A stretch of DNA of 64,000 bases from Kiritimatiellia bacterium (GTDB lineage Bacteria; Verrucomicrobiota; Kiritimatiellia; JAFGHX01). The stretch's first letter is position 1. Each line of letters begins with the position of its first letter. Made by a program: the position numbers and the translations under genes. Location of the stretch: contig JAFGHX010000175.1 in assembly GCA_016929905.1 (NCBI GenBank), positions 15,358-79,357 of the forward strand, read 5' to 3'. Positions 30,306 through 39,133 of this stretch are shown here, piece after piece. The notes below the pieces were generated by a model. That model did no database searches. It had not been told where the DNA came from and saw nothing but the letters and a program-made list of their open reading frames with translations.

Positions 30306-31100
30306 TCATCCGTGGAGCCGGCGCCAGGCCTCGGTGAAGGTTCTGGCGGATACTTCGAAGGTGCGCCCGTCGATGACGCGCACGTGCGCCCGCCCGGCGG
30401 GCACACGCCCGCGCGAGACGAGTTCGAGCCGCATCTTGACCGGCGCTTTCACCGTGTAGGGTCTGATCGCCGCGCAGGTCTCCACGGCCTTCTTGGCGCC
30501 CGCCGTGATCCGCCGATGCGCCTGCTCTTTCGAGAGCAGGATCGCGCCTTCCAGATCGAGCGCCTGCTTCACCTGCACGGGAACAACGCCCTTCAGGAAC
30601 CGGCGCGCCTCGCGGCAGACCTTGTCGTCGCCGCTGACCATGATGGTGGGCGTGCCCTGGTCGCCGGCCAGGCCGGCGTCGATCGACACCTCCCCCACCG
30701 CCACGCCGTTGAGCCAGAAGTTCTGCCAGGCCTTCGAGCTCATCGTGTGCTCCAGAACGGCGGCGGGCGTGCCGGCCATCGCGTGGTAGCCGAGCAGAAT
30801 CAGCCCGTCGAACGTGCCGATGCCGGGCATACGTTCCTTGCCCGAGTGCCCGCGCAGATATTCCGCGCGCGGATCGAGCTCCTCCCATATGAAATGGCAC
30901 CCGCCGCCGTGCGCGTCGCGTACGACCACCTTGCTCGCGCCGCCCCGGATACAGCCCTCCACGCATGCGTTCACGTCCCAGGTCAGATACTTCCGCGCCG
31001 CATGGTAGAGGGGGTGCCCCTCCGCCGAGGCCACCTGCGCCCGGCAGAACACGCCGCTGATCCCTTCCATGTCCACCATCACGAAGATCTTCTTGCCCAT
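30306..31100 (-). CDS. M55 family metallopeptidase (DppA D-aminopeptidase-like)
   Basis: VDMEGISG, DAHGGG, GYHAMAG, LEHTMS, VSGDD. Confidence 0.92.
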   Translation of the reverse strand: MGKKIFVMVDMEGISGVFCRAQVASAEGHPLYHAARKYLTWDVNACVEGCIRGGASKVVVRDAHGGGCHFIWEELDPRAEYLRGHSGKERMPGIGTFDGLILLGYHAMAGTPAAVLEHTMSSKAWQNFWLNGVAVGEVSIDAGLAGDQGTPTIMVSGDDKVCREARRFLKGVVPVQVKQALDLEGAILLSKEQAHRRITAGAKKAVETCAAIRPYTVKAPVKMRLELVSRGRVPAGRAHVRVIDGRTFEVSARTFTEAWRRLHG

Positions 31101-31238
31101 CGCCCTTCCTCCTGTGCCGAACCCGTGAGAGACCCCACCGAAAACCAGGAGTATAGTGCGCCGGAGGCCCGCGCATCAACCGTCGGGAGCCCTGAAAGGC
31201 CCGTTCGCAAAGGCGGCGCGGCATTCCCCCGCCGTGTC

Positions 31239-31500
31239 TCAAGCCAGCGCCGCCTGCCGCATGCTCTCGGGTGCTTCGAGCGGCCCGGTGCTGAGTTCCT
31301 GGAGCACCACGAACGCCCAATCCTTCTGCGCAATGGCTTCCACCGACTCGCGGTTGTACCCATGCCATTCCAGCGTCTTGCCGCCGCTGGTCACCATGCG
31401 CACGTCCAGATCTCTGCCCGCGGACCGTGCCAGGTCCCGCACGATCCAGGGCAATCGGTTGCCGTGCGTATAGCTGTTCCCGATGAATCACGCGTTCCGG
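31239..31500 (-). pseudogene. SGNH/DUF4886-like hydrolase fragment
   Basis: Manual translation gives (PERV)-frameshift-FIGNSYTHGNRLPWIV...GGKTLEWH...WAFVVLQELS, then a premature TGA. Confidence 0.7.
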
Positions 31501-31533
31501 CTGGTCACGTGTGCCCCTTTCCTTACCCATCGC

Positions 31534-31560
31534 CATTCTTCATTCTTCATTCTTCACTGG
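31534..31560. repeat. Heptamer tandem repeat (CATTCTT)n at gene 3' end
   Basis: CATTCTTCATTCTTCATTCTTCACTGG; supplies the KNEE-stop of the beta-helix gene. Confidence 0.7.
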
Positions 31561-33354
31561 ATACGGCGCCGCGCCCGGATCGGGCCGCGCGCCCTTGAAG
31601 TACCCCGGCGTCATGCCCGGCAGCGGCGGGTGCCTCTCGCCGTCCAACGTCCAGGGCTTCGAGAGGTCGATGCCCTTCCCCCGAGCCGGGCTGTCCGCCG
31701 GTAAGGTCAGGTCCAGATCGCCATCCTTCCACAGCTTCTTATCCGGAAGAATCGTGTTGTGGCCGCCGAGCCAGTTCGCTTTCGGCTGGTCCTGCCACGT
31801 CACGCCTTGCCGGAAATGCGACCCGGCACAGAGATTGTAGTCGAAATGCGTCTGCATCGTGTCAGCCGACTTGACCGGCGCCCACAATTCCGTTGCCGAG
31901 AAGATGTTGTTGACCCACCACGTGTTGGCCGCCCTGGCCGCGCGGCGCGTCGGCATCGTGATCCCGCGCAAGGCGGAGAAGCTGTTGTGATAGAAGTAGA
32001 TCCGCGCGCGGGTGTCGGCGAAGTAGAAGACCGCTGTGGCCGAAGGCGCCGCGCAGCGGTTGCGGTAGATGTAGGTGGGGCCCTGCCGGATCCCCTTCTG
32101 CCGGATCGTCACGTTGGCGCGATAGAGCAGGTTGTCATGCCATTCGCAGTCGATCCCGCCGCCCGTCGGTTCCAGCGCGTCGTCCAGGATGTCGTGAATG
32201 CTGTTGTCGTAGACGTTCAGCCGCCGGCAGAGCTCGGAGCGGGGGATCGAGAACTGCTCGGACTGCCAATCCTTGCCTACCGACCAGTCCTGGATCCCGC
32301 CCCAATGCTCGAAGATATGATTGCCGTAAACCCGGTTGTCATGGCCGGCATTGTACAGAGCCACCGCTTCGCGGTCGTTGTCGCCGAACACCTTGAACTG
32401 TTCCCAGTGCCACCTGCGCACACGGCGCGAGGCATACAGGGCCGGGATCGGCGCCAGCTTCGCGATGAAATCCAGAGTGATCGCGTTGCGGCGTATGTGG
32501 TTGCGGTGGCACAGCAACGGCTCGACATCCACGTGCTCCGGATCCGCCGCCAGGCCCGTCTCCTTCAGATTCCACCAGCAGAACCCGACGAGGACACCCC
32601 ACTTCCCGCCGAGGATCGTGTTGTTTTCGACGACGTTATCACTTGCGCCGCGCCTCAGCGCGACCCCGACGGTCCTGTTCCGGATCGTGAAGCCGCGCAC
32701 GACGATATGGCGCTTGCCGATCACGCGCACGGTCGCGCTGCTGTCGTACTGCCAGTGCGGGCCCACCGCGACCTCGCCCGTGTTCGGATCGCGTCCGTCA
32801 CGGAAACGCAGATAGGTCACCTTGTCCTTCGTGCCGTACAAGGCCTCGATATGGTCCCACTCGTTGGCTTCTCGCGGCGCTTTCAACCGATCGAACCCCG
32901 CCCCGCCCTTCATGTTCCCGTCGTTGATGCGCAGGACCAGCTTGTTGTCCCACGTCAGGTTGCAGGGCAGATGCGGTACCGGCCAGCCGGCCCTGTTGAG
33001 CGTTTTCTTGAAGACCCCCTCGCCCACTTCCGGCGCGGGCGTCCACCCGGTCACGACCTCGCCACCGTCGAGAATCGCACCCTTCTCGCCTTCCAGCACG
33101 ATCGGCCGGCCCGGCTCGCCGCTGCGGAGGAAGACAACCGTCCCGCGGTAAACCCCGGGACGAACATGCACAGTGTCGCCCGGCATGGCGGCGTCCACGC
33201 CTCGCTGCGGCGTGGCGAACGGGGCGGCCGCCGAACCGTCGTTGGAGTCCCGCCCCTTGGCCGCGTCGACAAAGCAGATCCGGGCATCGGCGTTGAGAAC
33301 GGCACGGACAAACACGGACAGACACAGGAACGTTGTGAGTGTGCGGGAGCTCAT
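31540..33354 (-). CDS. Secreted right-handed parallel beta-helix protein (DUF1565-like N-terminus; polysaccharide lyase/hydrolase-like)
   Basis: Signal peptide; FVDAAKGRDSNDGSAAAPFAT, PGDTVHVRPGVY, Asn-ladder repeats, SPARGKG...PDPGA tail. Confidence 0.8.
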   Translation of the reverse strand: MSSRTLTTFLCLSVFVRAVLNADARICFVDAAKGRDSNDGSAAAPFATPQRGVDAAMPGDTVHVRPGVYRGTVVFLRSGEPGRPIVLEGEKGAILDGGEVVTGWTPAPEVGEGVFKKTLNRAGWPVPHLPCNLTWDNKLVLRINDGNMKGGAGFDRLKAPREANEWDHIEALYGTKDKVTYLRFRDGRDPNTGEVAVGPHWQYDSSATVRVIGKRHIVVRGFTIRNRTVGVALRRGASDNVVENNTILGGKWGVLVGFCWWNLKETGLAADPEHVDVEPLLCHRNHIRRNAITLDFIAKLAPIPALYASRRVRRWHWEQFKVFGDNDREAVALYNAGHDNRVYGNHIFEHWGGIQDWSVGKDWQSEQFSIPRSELCRRLNVYDNSIHDILDDALEPTGGGIDCEWHDNLLYRANVTIRQKGIRQGPTYIYRNRCAAPSATAVFYFADTRARIYFYHNSFSALRGITMPTRRAARAANTWWVNNIFSATELWAPVKSADTMQTHFDYNLCAGSHFRQGVTWQDQPKANWLGGHNTILPDKKLWKDGDLDLTLPADSPARGKGIDLSKPWTLDGERHPPLPGMTPGYFKGARPDPGAAPYPVKNEE

Positions 33355-33600
33355 GCCTGACCTCCTTGCCAAAAGGATGGTATCGGAATTCCCGGTTCGC
33401 GCAAGTGCGCGAATGAAGGGGGCAGGGTCCGGACGAATCGCTCTTAACCAAACGCCCCCTTCAAGGGACTGTCGCCGGCGCAGGTACACGCCGTCCATTC
33501 GCTTTCGCCGGCCACCCTTAAACTTCCGTGACCCATCACTATTGTGTACGCGCCGGAAACAGGCTACAATCCAGTGAATTGTGAACCATTTTGGAGTTAT

Positions 33601-34434
33601 GTGACTGTGTATCAGCGATCAGCCTATTACCGTGCGTCGAAGATGCCGCGGATGCCAGTACCGCTCGGGGCGCGGTCGGTGGGGCACTACGTGGTCGAGG
33701 CGGGCTATGCGGAGCGCCCGATTCAGAAATGGTTCGTGCAGGTCTTCTGGGGCATTCGGGGCCGCGGGCAGATTGTGATCGACGGCGAGCCCTGCATGGT
33801 GGGCCCGGATCAGATCGCGGCGTATTTCCCGGGCGACTGGCACCGGGTGAGTTCGGCCGAGGACTGGGAGTACCGCTGGTGGACCCTGGACGGGCCGCAC
33901 GCGACGGAGGTAGCGCGCTCCTTCGGGCTCAGCGGGCCATGGCCGTGCGAGGCGGGGGCGTGCCCGCAGGAACTGTTCGCGCAGCTCGAACAGGAGATTC
34001 GAGACGAGGCGCCGTTCACGGAATTCCGCGCCAGCGCCACGGCCTACCGCTTGCTCACCCTCGCCGCCGGCCGCAAGGCCGGCGCGGCCGCACCGGCCGT
34101 GACGTCCGAAACACTGGCGGACAGGTGCGTGGCGTTGATCCGAAAGCGCTATGCGGACCCCGCCCTGTGCGTGGACTTCCTCGCACGCGCACTGGCCGTG
34201 CACCGCTCCCGGCTCAGTCGCGAGTTCCGGCGTCGTTTCGGCGTGCCGCCGGTGGCCTACATTCACAGTCTCCGCCTCCAGCGCGGCTTTTCCATGCTGC
34301 GCGAGACCGACGCGACCGTCACGGACATCGCGCGCCAAGTCGGCTTCGTCGATCCGGCCTATTTTTCGCGCTGCGTGTCCCACACCACCGGCATGTGCCC
34401 GCGCGACCTGCGCAGCGCCAGCCGCAAGGGGTGA
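33601..34434 (+). CDS. AraC family transcriptional regulator
   Basis: IARQVGFVDPAYFSRCV HTH; divergent from beta-helix gene; GTG start after GGAG (uncertain). Confidence 0.9.
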   Translation: MTVYQRSAYYRASKMPRMPVPLGARSVGHYVVEAGYAERPIQKWFVQVFWGIRGRGQIVIDGEPCMVGPDQIAAYFPGDWHRVSSAEDWEYRWWTLDGPHATEVARSFGLSGPWPCEAGACPQELFAQLEQEIRDEAPFTEFRASATAYRLLTLAAGRKAGAAAPAVTSETLADRCVALIRKRYADPALCVDFLARALAVHRSRLSREFRRRFGVPPVAYIHSLRLQRGFSMLRETDATVTDIARQVGFVDPAYFSRCVSHTTGMCPRDLRSASRKG

Positions 34435-34574
34435 GCGGGAACTGGTTCCCTTTCGCGCCTTTTCGCGGGGAACTCTGCCTGGTCTCGAACTCGAAAAAAT
34501 GTTGTGCCCGGCAGCGTTCCCCGCCATCATATCCAGTCACGGACCATTGACCATTGACCATGGGGCCCCGGGCC

Positions 34575-35687
34575 ATGAGAGTCTGTGTCGACATACAGGC
34601 GGCGATTGCGCAGCGCGCGGGCGTAGGGCGCTACACCCAGACGCTGGTCGAGCATCTCGCCCGGACGGCGGATGCCGACGAACTGGCCCTGTTCTACTTC
34701 GACTTCCGGCGCAAGGGCTCGCCGTTCTCCGGAGCGGCGCTCCGCGAGAGGCCCGTGCGTTGGTGCCCCGGCCGCCTGGTTCAGGGGGCATGGAAGACGT
34801 TCAACTGGCCCCCGTTCGACTGGTTCGCGGGCGGATACGATGTCTACCACTTCCCCAATTTCATCCTCCCGCCGCTCCGGATGGGGCGCGCGGTCGTCAC
34901 CATCCACGATATGGGCTTCATGCGGTTCCCGCTCTTCGTGGAAGACAGGAACCTGCGCTACCTCGAGAAGAAGATCCGCCGCACCGTCAAGAGCGTCGAC
35001 GCGATCATCACCGTCTCCGAGTTCAGCGCGCGGGAGATCGAGGAACTCCTCGAGGTCGACCGCGCGAAGATCCATGCCATCCATGAAGGCGTCGGCCCGA
35101 AATTCGCCCCGCCCGGCGAGGAGGCGGTCGCACGCATGCGAACGGAACTCGGGCTCGAGCGCCCCTACCTGCTGACCGTCGGCACGATCGAACCGCGCAA
35201 GAACCTGCCGTTGCTTATCGAGGCGTTCGAGCAGCTCACGGATTTCGAGGGCTATCTGGTCGTCGTGGGGGGGCGCGGCTGGAAATGCGACTTCCTGTAC
35301 CAGCGCATGCTGAACTCCCCGCGCGCGGTCGACATCCGCTACTTCGGCTACGCGGAGGATCACCAGATCGTGCCGCTCTACGCCGGGGCCGAGCTGTTCG
35401 TGTTCCCGTCGCTGTACGAAGGGTTCGGCCTGCCGCCGCTGGAGGCCATGGCCTGCGGCGCGCCCGTCGTTTCGGCCGCCGGGGGCTCCCTGAAGGAAGT
35501 CGTCGGCGGGGGCGCCTGCGTGGTCGACGGATATGAGGCCGATGCGTGGGGCGAAGCGATCCGCTCGCTGCTGGCCGATACGGCCGCGCGCGAGCGCCTT
35601 GCGGCCAAAGGCCGGAAACACGCCGCCCGCTACACCTGGGACGAAACCGCGCGCAAGACGTGGGCGGTCTACCGCCAGCTCGTGTGA
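34575..35687 (+). CDS. GT4 family glycosyltransferase
   Basis: GVGRYT, VTIHD, VGTIEPRKNL, FPSLYEGFGLPPLEAMACG. Confidence 0.94.
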   Translation: MRVCVDIQAAIAQRAGVGRYTQTLVEHLARTADADELALFYFDFRRKGSPFSGAALRERPVRWCPGRLVQGAWKTFNWPPFDWFAGGYDVYHFPNFILPPLRMGRAVVTIHDMGFMRFPLFVEDRNLRYLEKKIRRTVKSVDAIITVSEFSAREIEELLEVDRAKIHAIHEGVGPKFAPPGEEAVARMRTELGLERPYLLTVGTIEPRKNLPLLIEAFEQLTDFEGYLVVVGGRGWKCDFLYQRMLNSPRAVDIRYFGYAEDHQIVPLYAGAELFVFPSLYEGFGLPPLEAMACGAPVVSAAGGSLKEVVGGGACVVDGYEADAWGEAIRSLLADTAARERLAAKGRKHAARYTWDETARKTWAVYRQLV

Positions 35688-35737
35688 GCCGGAGAACGGA
35701 AGGCGGGAAGCCTGGAAGAAGGGGAGAAGGAGAAACC

Positions 35738-37609
35738 ATGCAGAAGGGCAGCTCGAAACTCGGCACCGCCACGATTGAGCCCGCCGGTCCCGTCACGGCC
35801 GGGGCGTACGGCACCTGGACGATCACCTACACCGCCGGCGAAGAGGGCATTGCCGAACGCGGCGAGCTGCGGGTGAACCTGCGGCACGTCCAGGACATGG
35901 GTGCGCCGCAGATCAGCGACCCGAAGGCGGCGGGGTACCTGAGCCTCCGCTGTTCGGGCAAGGCCAAACCGGAGTTTGTCGACAGGCGCGGGCGCTGGAT
36001 GCCCTGGCAACAGGGGTTCGCCGTGCGCATGGCGCAGGCCCCGCTCCTGCCGGGCGAGACGATCACGCTCGTGCTGGGCGACACGAGCGCCGGTTCACCG
36101 GGGATCCGGCTCCAGACCTTCGCCGAAGCAAGCTTCGAGTTCCGTATCAGCGCCGACGCTCTGGGCAACGGCTACCACCGCCTGCTCGACGAGTCGCCGG
36201 CCATCGAAATCCGCGGCGGACCACCCGTGACGGCCCGCGTCTTTGCGCCGTCGATGGCCGTCGCCGGCGAACCGTTCCGGGCCGCCGTGAAGCTGGAGGA
36301 CCGCTGGGGCAATCCCTCACGAATGTTCGAAGGCAACATACGGCTTGAAGGGGAAGACGGCGCATGCTGGGGGTCCGCCTGTACCCGCCGGTTCCAACAC
36401 GGCGAGTACGGCGCCCACGTCTTTGAAAATCTCGTCGCGCCCGCTGCCCGCGCCGCCGCACACTACCTCGTCGTTCGTAACGGCGACGGCGTCATGGGCC
36501 GAAGCCATGCAATCCGCTGCCTGGCGGCCGCGCCGGAACGGCGCGTGTTCTGGGGCGACCTGCACGGGCACACCGAACTCGGCGACGGAACCGGCAGCGT
36601 CGACGACTACTATCGATACGCACGCGACGTCGCGCGGCTCGATTTCTGCGCCGCCTCCGAGGAAGACTACCTGTTCACCGACGCGTCGTGGGTCCGCTTC
36701 ATCGAGGCGGCCAGACAGTATCACGAACCCGGCCGCTTCGTGACCTTCCTCGGCTACGAATGGTCCGGCAAGGTGCCCGGCGACCACAACGTGTACTACC
36801 TGGACGACACCGGCCCGCTGTTCCGGAGCTCGACGAAATACGTCGGCAAGACCGAGTATCTGGAGCTGCACAACGAGGGCGAGAGCCACCCGCTCTGCCG
36901 CGAAAACGCCGTCCTGCTCGAAATCGCCGACCTGTACAAGGCGCTCAAGGGCAAGCGGGCCATGATCATCCCGCACGTCGGCGGCAACAAGACACACCTG
37001 CGTTTTCACGACCCGGAACTCGAACCCGCGATCGAGATGCACTCGGTGCACGGCTCGTTCGAGTGGTTCGCGATGGAGGCGCTCCAGCGCGGGTACAAGG
37101 TCGGCCTCATCGGCGGCGGCGATTCGCACGACGGCCGGCCCGGCGATGCGCATACCGGCTTCCATTTCGCGAAGGAACACAACGGCCTGATGGGCGTCTA
37201 TGCACCCGAGCTGACCCGTGAAGCGATCTGGGACGCCATCTTCGCCCGGCGCGTCTACGCCACCTCCGGCGAACGGATCCTGCTGGACTTCTCGATGAAC
37301 GAACACCCCATGGGCGCGCGCGCCCTGCTCGAAAATCCGCGCACCGAGCGGCAGTTCAGGATCTACGCCGCCGGCCTGGAGAATATCGCCCGGATCCATC
37401 TGATCAAGAACAACACCGAACTCGCCTCATGGTCGCCCGCCACGCGCGAAGCGGCGGTGGACTATGCCGACAGCGGCCAGGACAACCCGTGCGATTTCTA
37501 CTATGTGCGCGTCACCCAAACCGACCGCGCGAAGGCCTGGTCCAGCCCCATCTGGGTCGCGAGCCGGCCAGAAGAACTGCACCGGCCGATACGGCTGATG
37601 AGTTACTGA
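35738..37609 (+). CDS. DUF3604/PHP-like metallohydrolase
   Basis: WGDLHGHT, FLGYEWS, DHNVY, IIPHVGG, GGGDSHDGRPG, YATSG, AWSSPIW. Confidence 0.8.
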   Translation: MQKGSSKLGTATIEPAGPVTAGAYGTWTITYTAGEEGIAERGELRVNLRHVQDMGAPQISDPKAAGYLSLRCSGKAKPEFVDRRGRWMPWQQGFAVRMAQAPLLPGETITLVLGDTSAGSPGIRLQTFAEASFEFRISADALGNGYHRLLDESPAIEIRGGPPVTARVFAPSMAVAGEPFRAAVKLEDRWGNPSRMFEGNIRLEGEDGACWGSACTRRFQHGEYGAHVFENLVAPAARAAAHYLVVRNGDGVMGRSHAIRCLAAAPERRVFWGDLHGHTELGDGTGSVDDYYRYARDVARLDFCAASEEDYLFTDASWVRFIEAARQYHEPGRFVTFLGYEWSGKVPGDHNVYYLDDTGPLFRSSTKYVGKTEYLELHNEGESHPLCRENAVLLEIADLYKALKGKRAMIIPHVGGNKTHLRFHDPELEPAIEMHSVHGSFEWFAMEALQRGYKVGLIGGGDSHDGRPGDAHTGFHFAKEHNGLMGVYAPELTREAIWDAIFARRVYATSGERILLDFSMNEHPMGARALLENPRTERQFRIYAAGLENIARIHLIKNNTELASWSPATREAAVDYADSGQDNPCDFYYVRVTQTDRAKAWSSPIWVASRPEELHRPIRLMSY

Positions 37610-38889
37610 GCAGCGAGCACCAGCACCCAATCACACCCCGCCCCGCGGCTCGGCGCGTCAAACGAGGCCGTGGCGGCCGCGGCCTGTTCGCCGATCGCGG
37701 TGCGCGCGCCCGTGCGCGGGTCGAACCATTCCGCCTGCAGCGGACGCCCGGCGCCGAGCTTCTCCAGCTCCAGCGTCACCGAACCGCCCTGCGTCAGATA
37801 GACCAGCGCGAAGCTCCCGTCCTGCGCCCGCATGGCAGCCACATAGGTCTTGTCTTTCGGCGTACCGATCGGCGACGCCACCAGCGTTTGGTCCGGCACG
37901 CCTTTCCCGAACGGCACGGACTCCATGAGCGCGCGCACATGCTGCATCTGCGCGCCGCCCTCGTAGGCCATGGCCTCCGTCCAGGTCGGGCTCTTCGGCG
38001 GGCAACGGAACTGCCATAGCCCGTCCGCGCCGTACGTATGCCCGCACGCGCCGCTGAACAGACACCAGTAGGCTTGCAGCCGCGCGTGCCACGGTGTGAT
38101 GACTTCCTTGGCCAGGTCCGGCCGCCCCATCCCCTCGTAGCCCGGTTCCCCGTTCAGCGCAGGCTTCACCGGCGTCATCTGGTAGTCCGCGCTCACGCGA
38201 CCGGGACACGCGTGGAAGTTGAGCCACGTTTGCTCCATGTTGAAATCCAGCCAGTCGTCATGATGGAAGTGTCTCGACGACGAAAAGATGGGATGGATCG
38301 TCATCAGATGCCGCCCGCCGTGTCCCGCCTTCAGCCCCCGCGCGAGGGCGCGAAACAGGGCCAGATGCGCCTCGGTGATCTGTTGGTCTTTCGTCTTCGC
38401 CCAGTCCGCCCGGATCTTGCCGTACTCCCCGCACACGATCCAGATCACGTGGTTGCGGCCGGCGTAGCGTTGCCCGAGCTGACGCCCGTACTCGTAGTTG
38501 TCGTGCGCCGGGTTCGGGAACAGGGTGTTGACGTTGTGGCCCCACATGGTGGCCAGCGCCACATACAGCCCATTCTCGCCGGCAAGATCCACGATGGCGT
38601 CGATATGAGCCCAGTACGCCTCGTGGAGACGGACGGGGTCCGTGCCCGTGAACGGCTCGTCGCCGCGATAGTTGGCCGTCCCGCCGTGCGTGCGGATTGC
38701 CATCGCCTGAACCACGTTGAACCGCTTCGCCGCACGATCGGCCATGTACTGCGCGACCTCGGCCGGGTTCATCTTGTACAGGCACCACGCCGTATCGCCC
38801 AACCAGAAGAACGGCGCCCCGCCTTCCCGTGCGAGGTGCCGTCCGCCGTCACTCACCGTCAACCGCGCCAACTGCGCCGCCGCCATCAC
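37603..38889 (-). CDS. DUF4038 (GH140 apiosidase-like) glycoside hydrolase with putative collagen-binding C-domain
   Basis: PFFWLGDTAW, FNVVQ, LMTIHP, WLDFNM, NGEPGYE, GHTYG, WFDPRTG, DWVLVL. Confidence 0.85.
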   Translation of the reverse strand: MMAAAQLARLTVSDGGRHLAREGGAPFFWLGDTAWCLYKMNPAEVAQYMADRAAKRFNVVQAMAIRTHGGTANYRGDEPFTGTDPVRLHEAYWAHIDAIVDLAGENGLYVALATMWGHNVNTLFPNPAHDNYEYGRQLGQRYAGRNHVIWIVCGEYGKIRADWAKTKDQQITEAHLALFRALARGLKAGHGGRHLMTIHPIFSSSRHFHHDDWLDFNMEQTWLNFHACPGRVSADYQMTPVKPALNGEPGYEGMGRPDLAKEVITPWHARLQAYWCLFSGACGHTYGADGLWQFRCPPKSPTWTEAMAYEGGAQMQHVRALMESVPFGKGVPDQTLVASPIGTPKDKTYVAAMRAQDGSFALVYLTQGGSVTLELEKLGAGRPLQAEWFDPRTGARTAIGEQAAAATASFDAPSRGAGCDWVLVLAAQ

Positions 38890-39133
38890 ACACCTCCCAT
38901 CCTTCCATCCTGTCGCCTTCCGACCCGCCCGCGGACTTCCGGTCTGCAGCCGAACCGTGAACGGCCGAACTCGGGACCGGGGTCAGTCTTCTCATGCATT
39001 GTGGAATATCGCCCCAGGCAACGGCAAGCGCCAAGGCAAATTGGCGGCACATGCCTTGGGGCTTGAAATCCAAGCGTTTCCATGTCACGCTCCAGTTGTT
39101 CCGGTTTCTGTCAATCAGAGAGGCGTGCCGACC

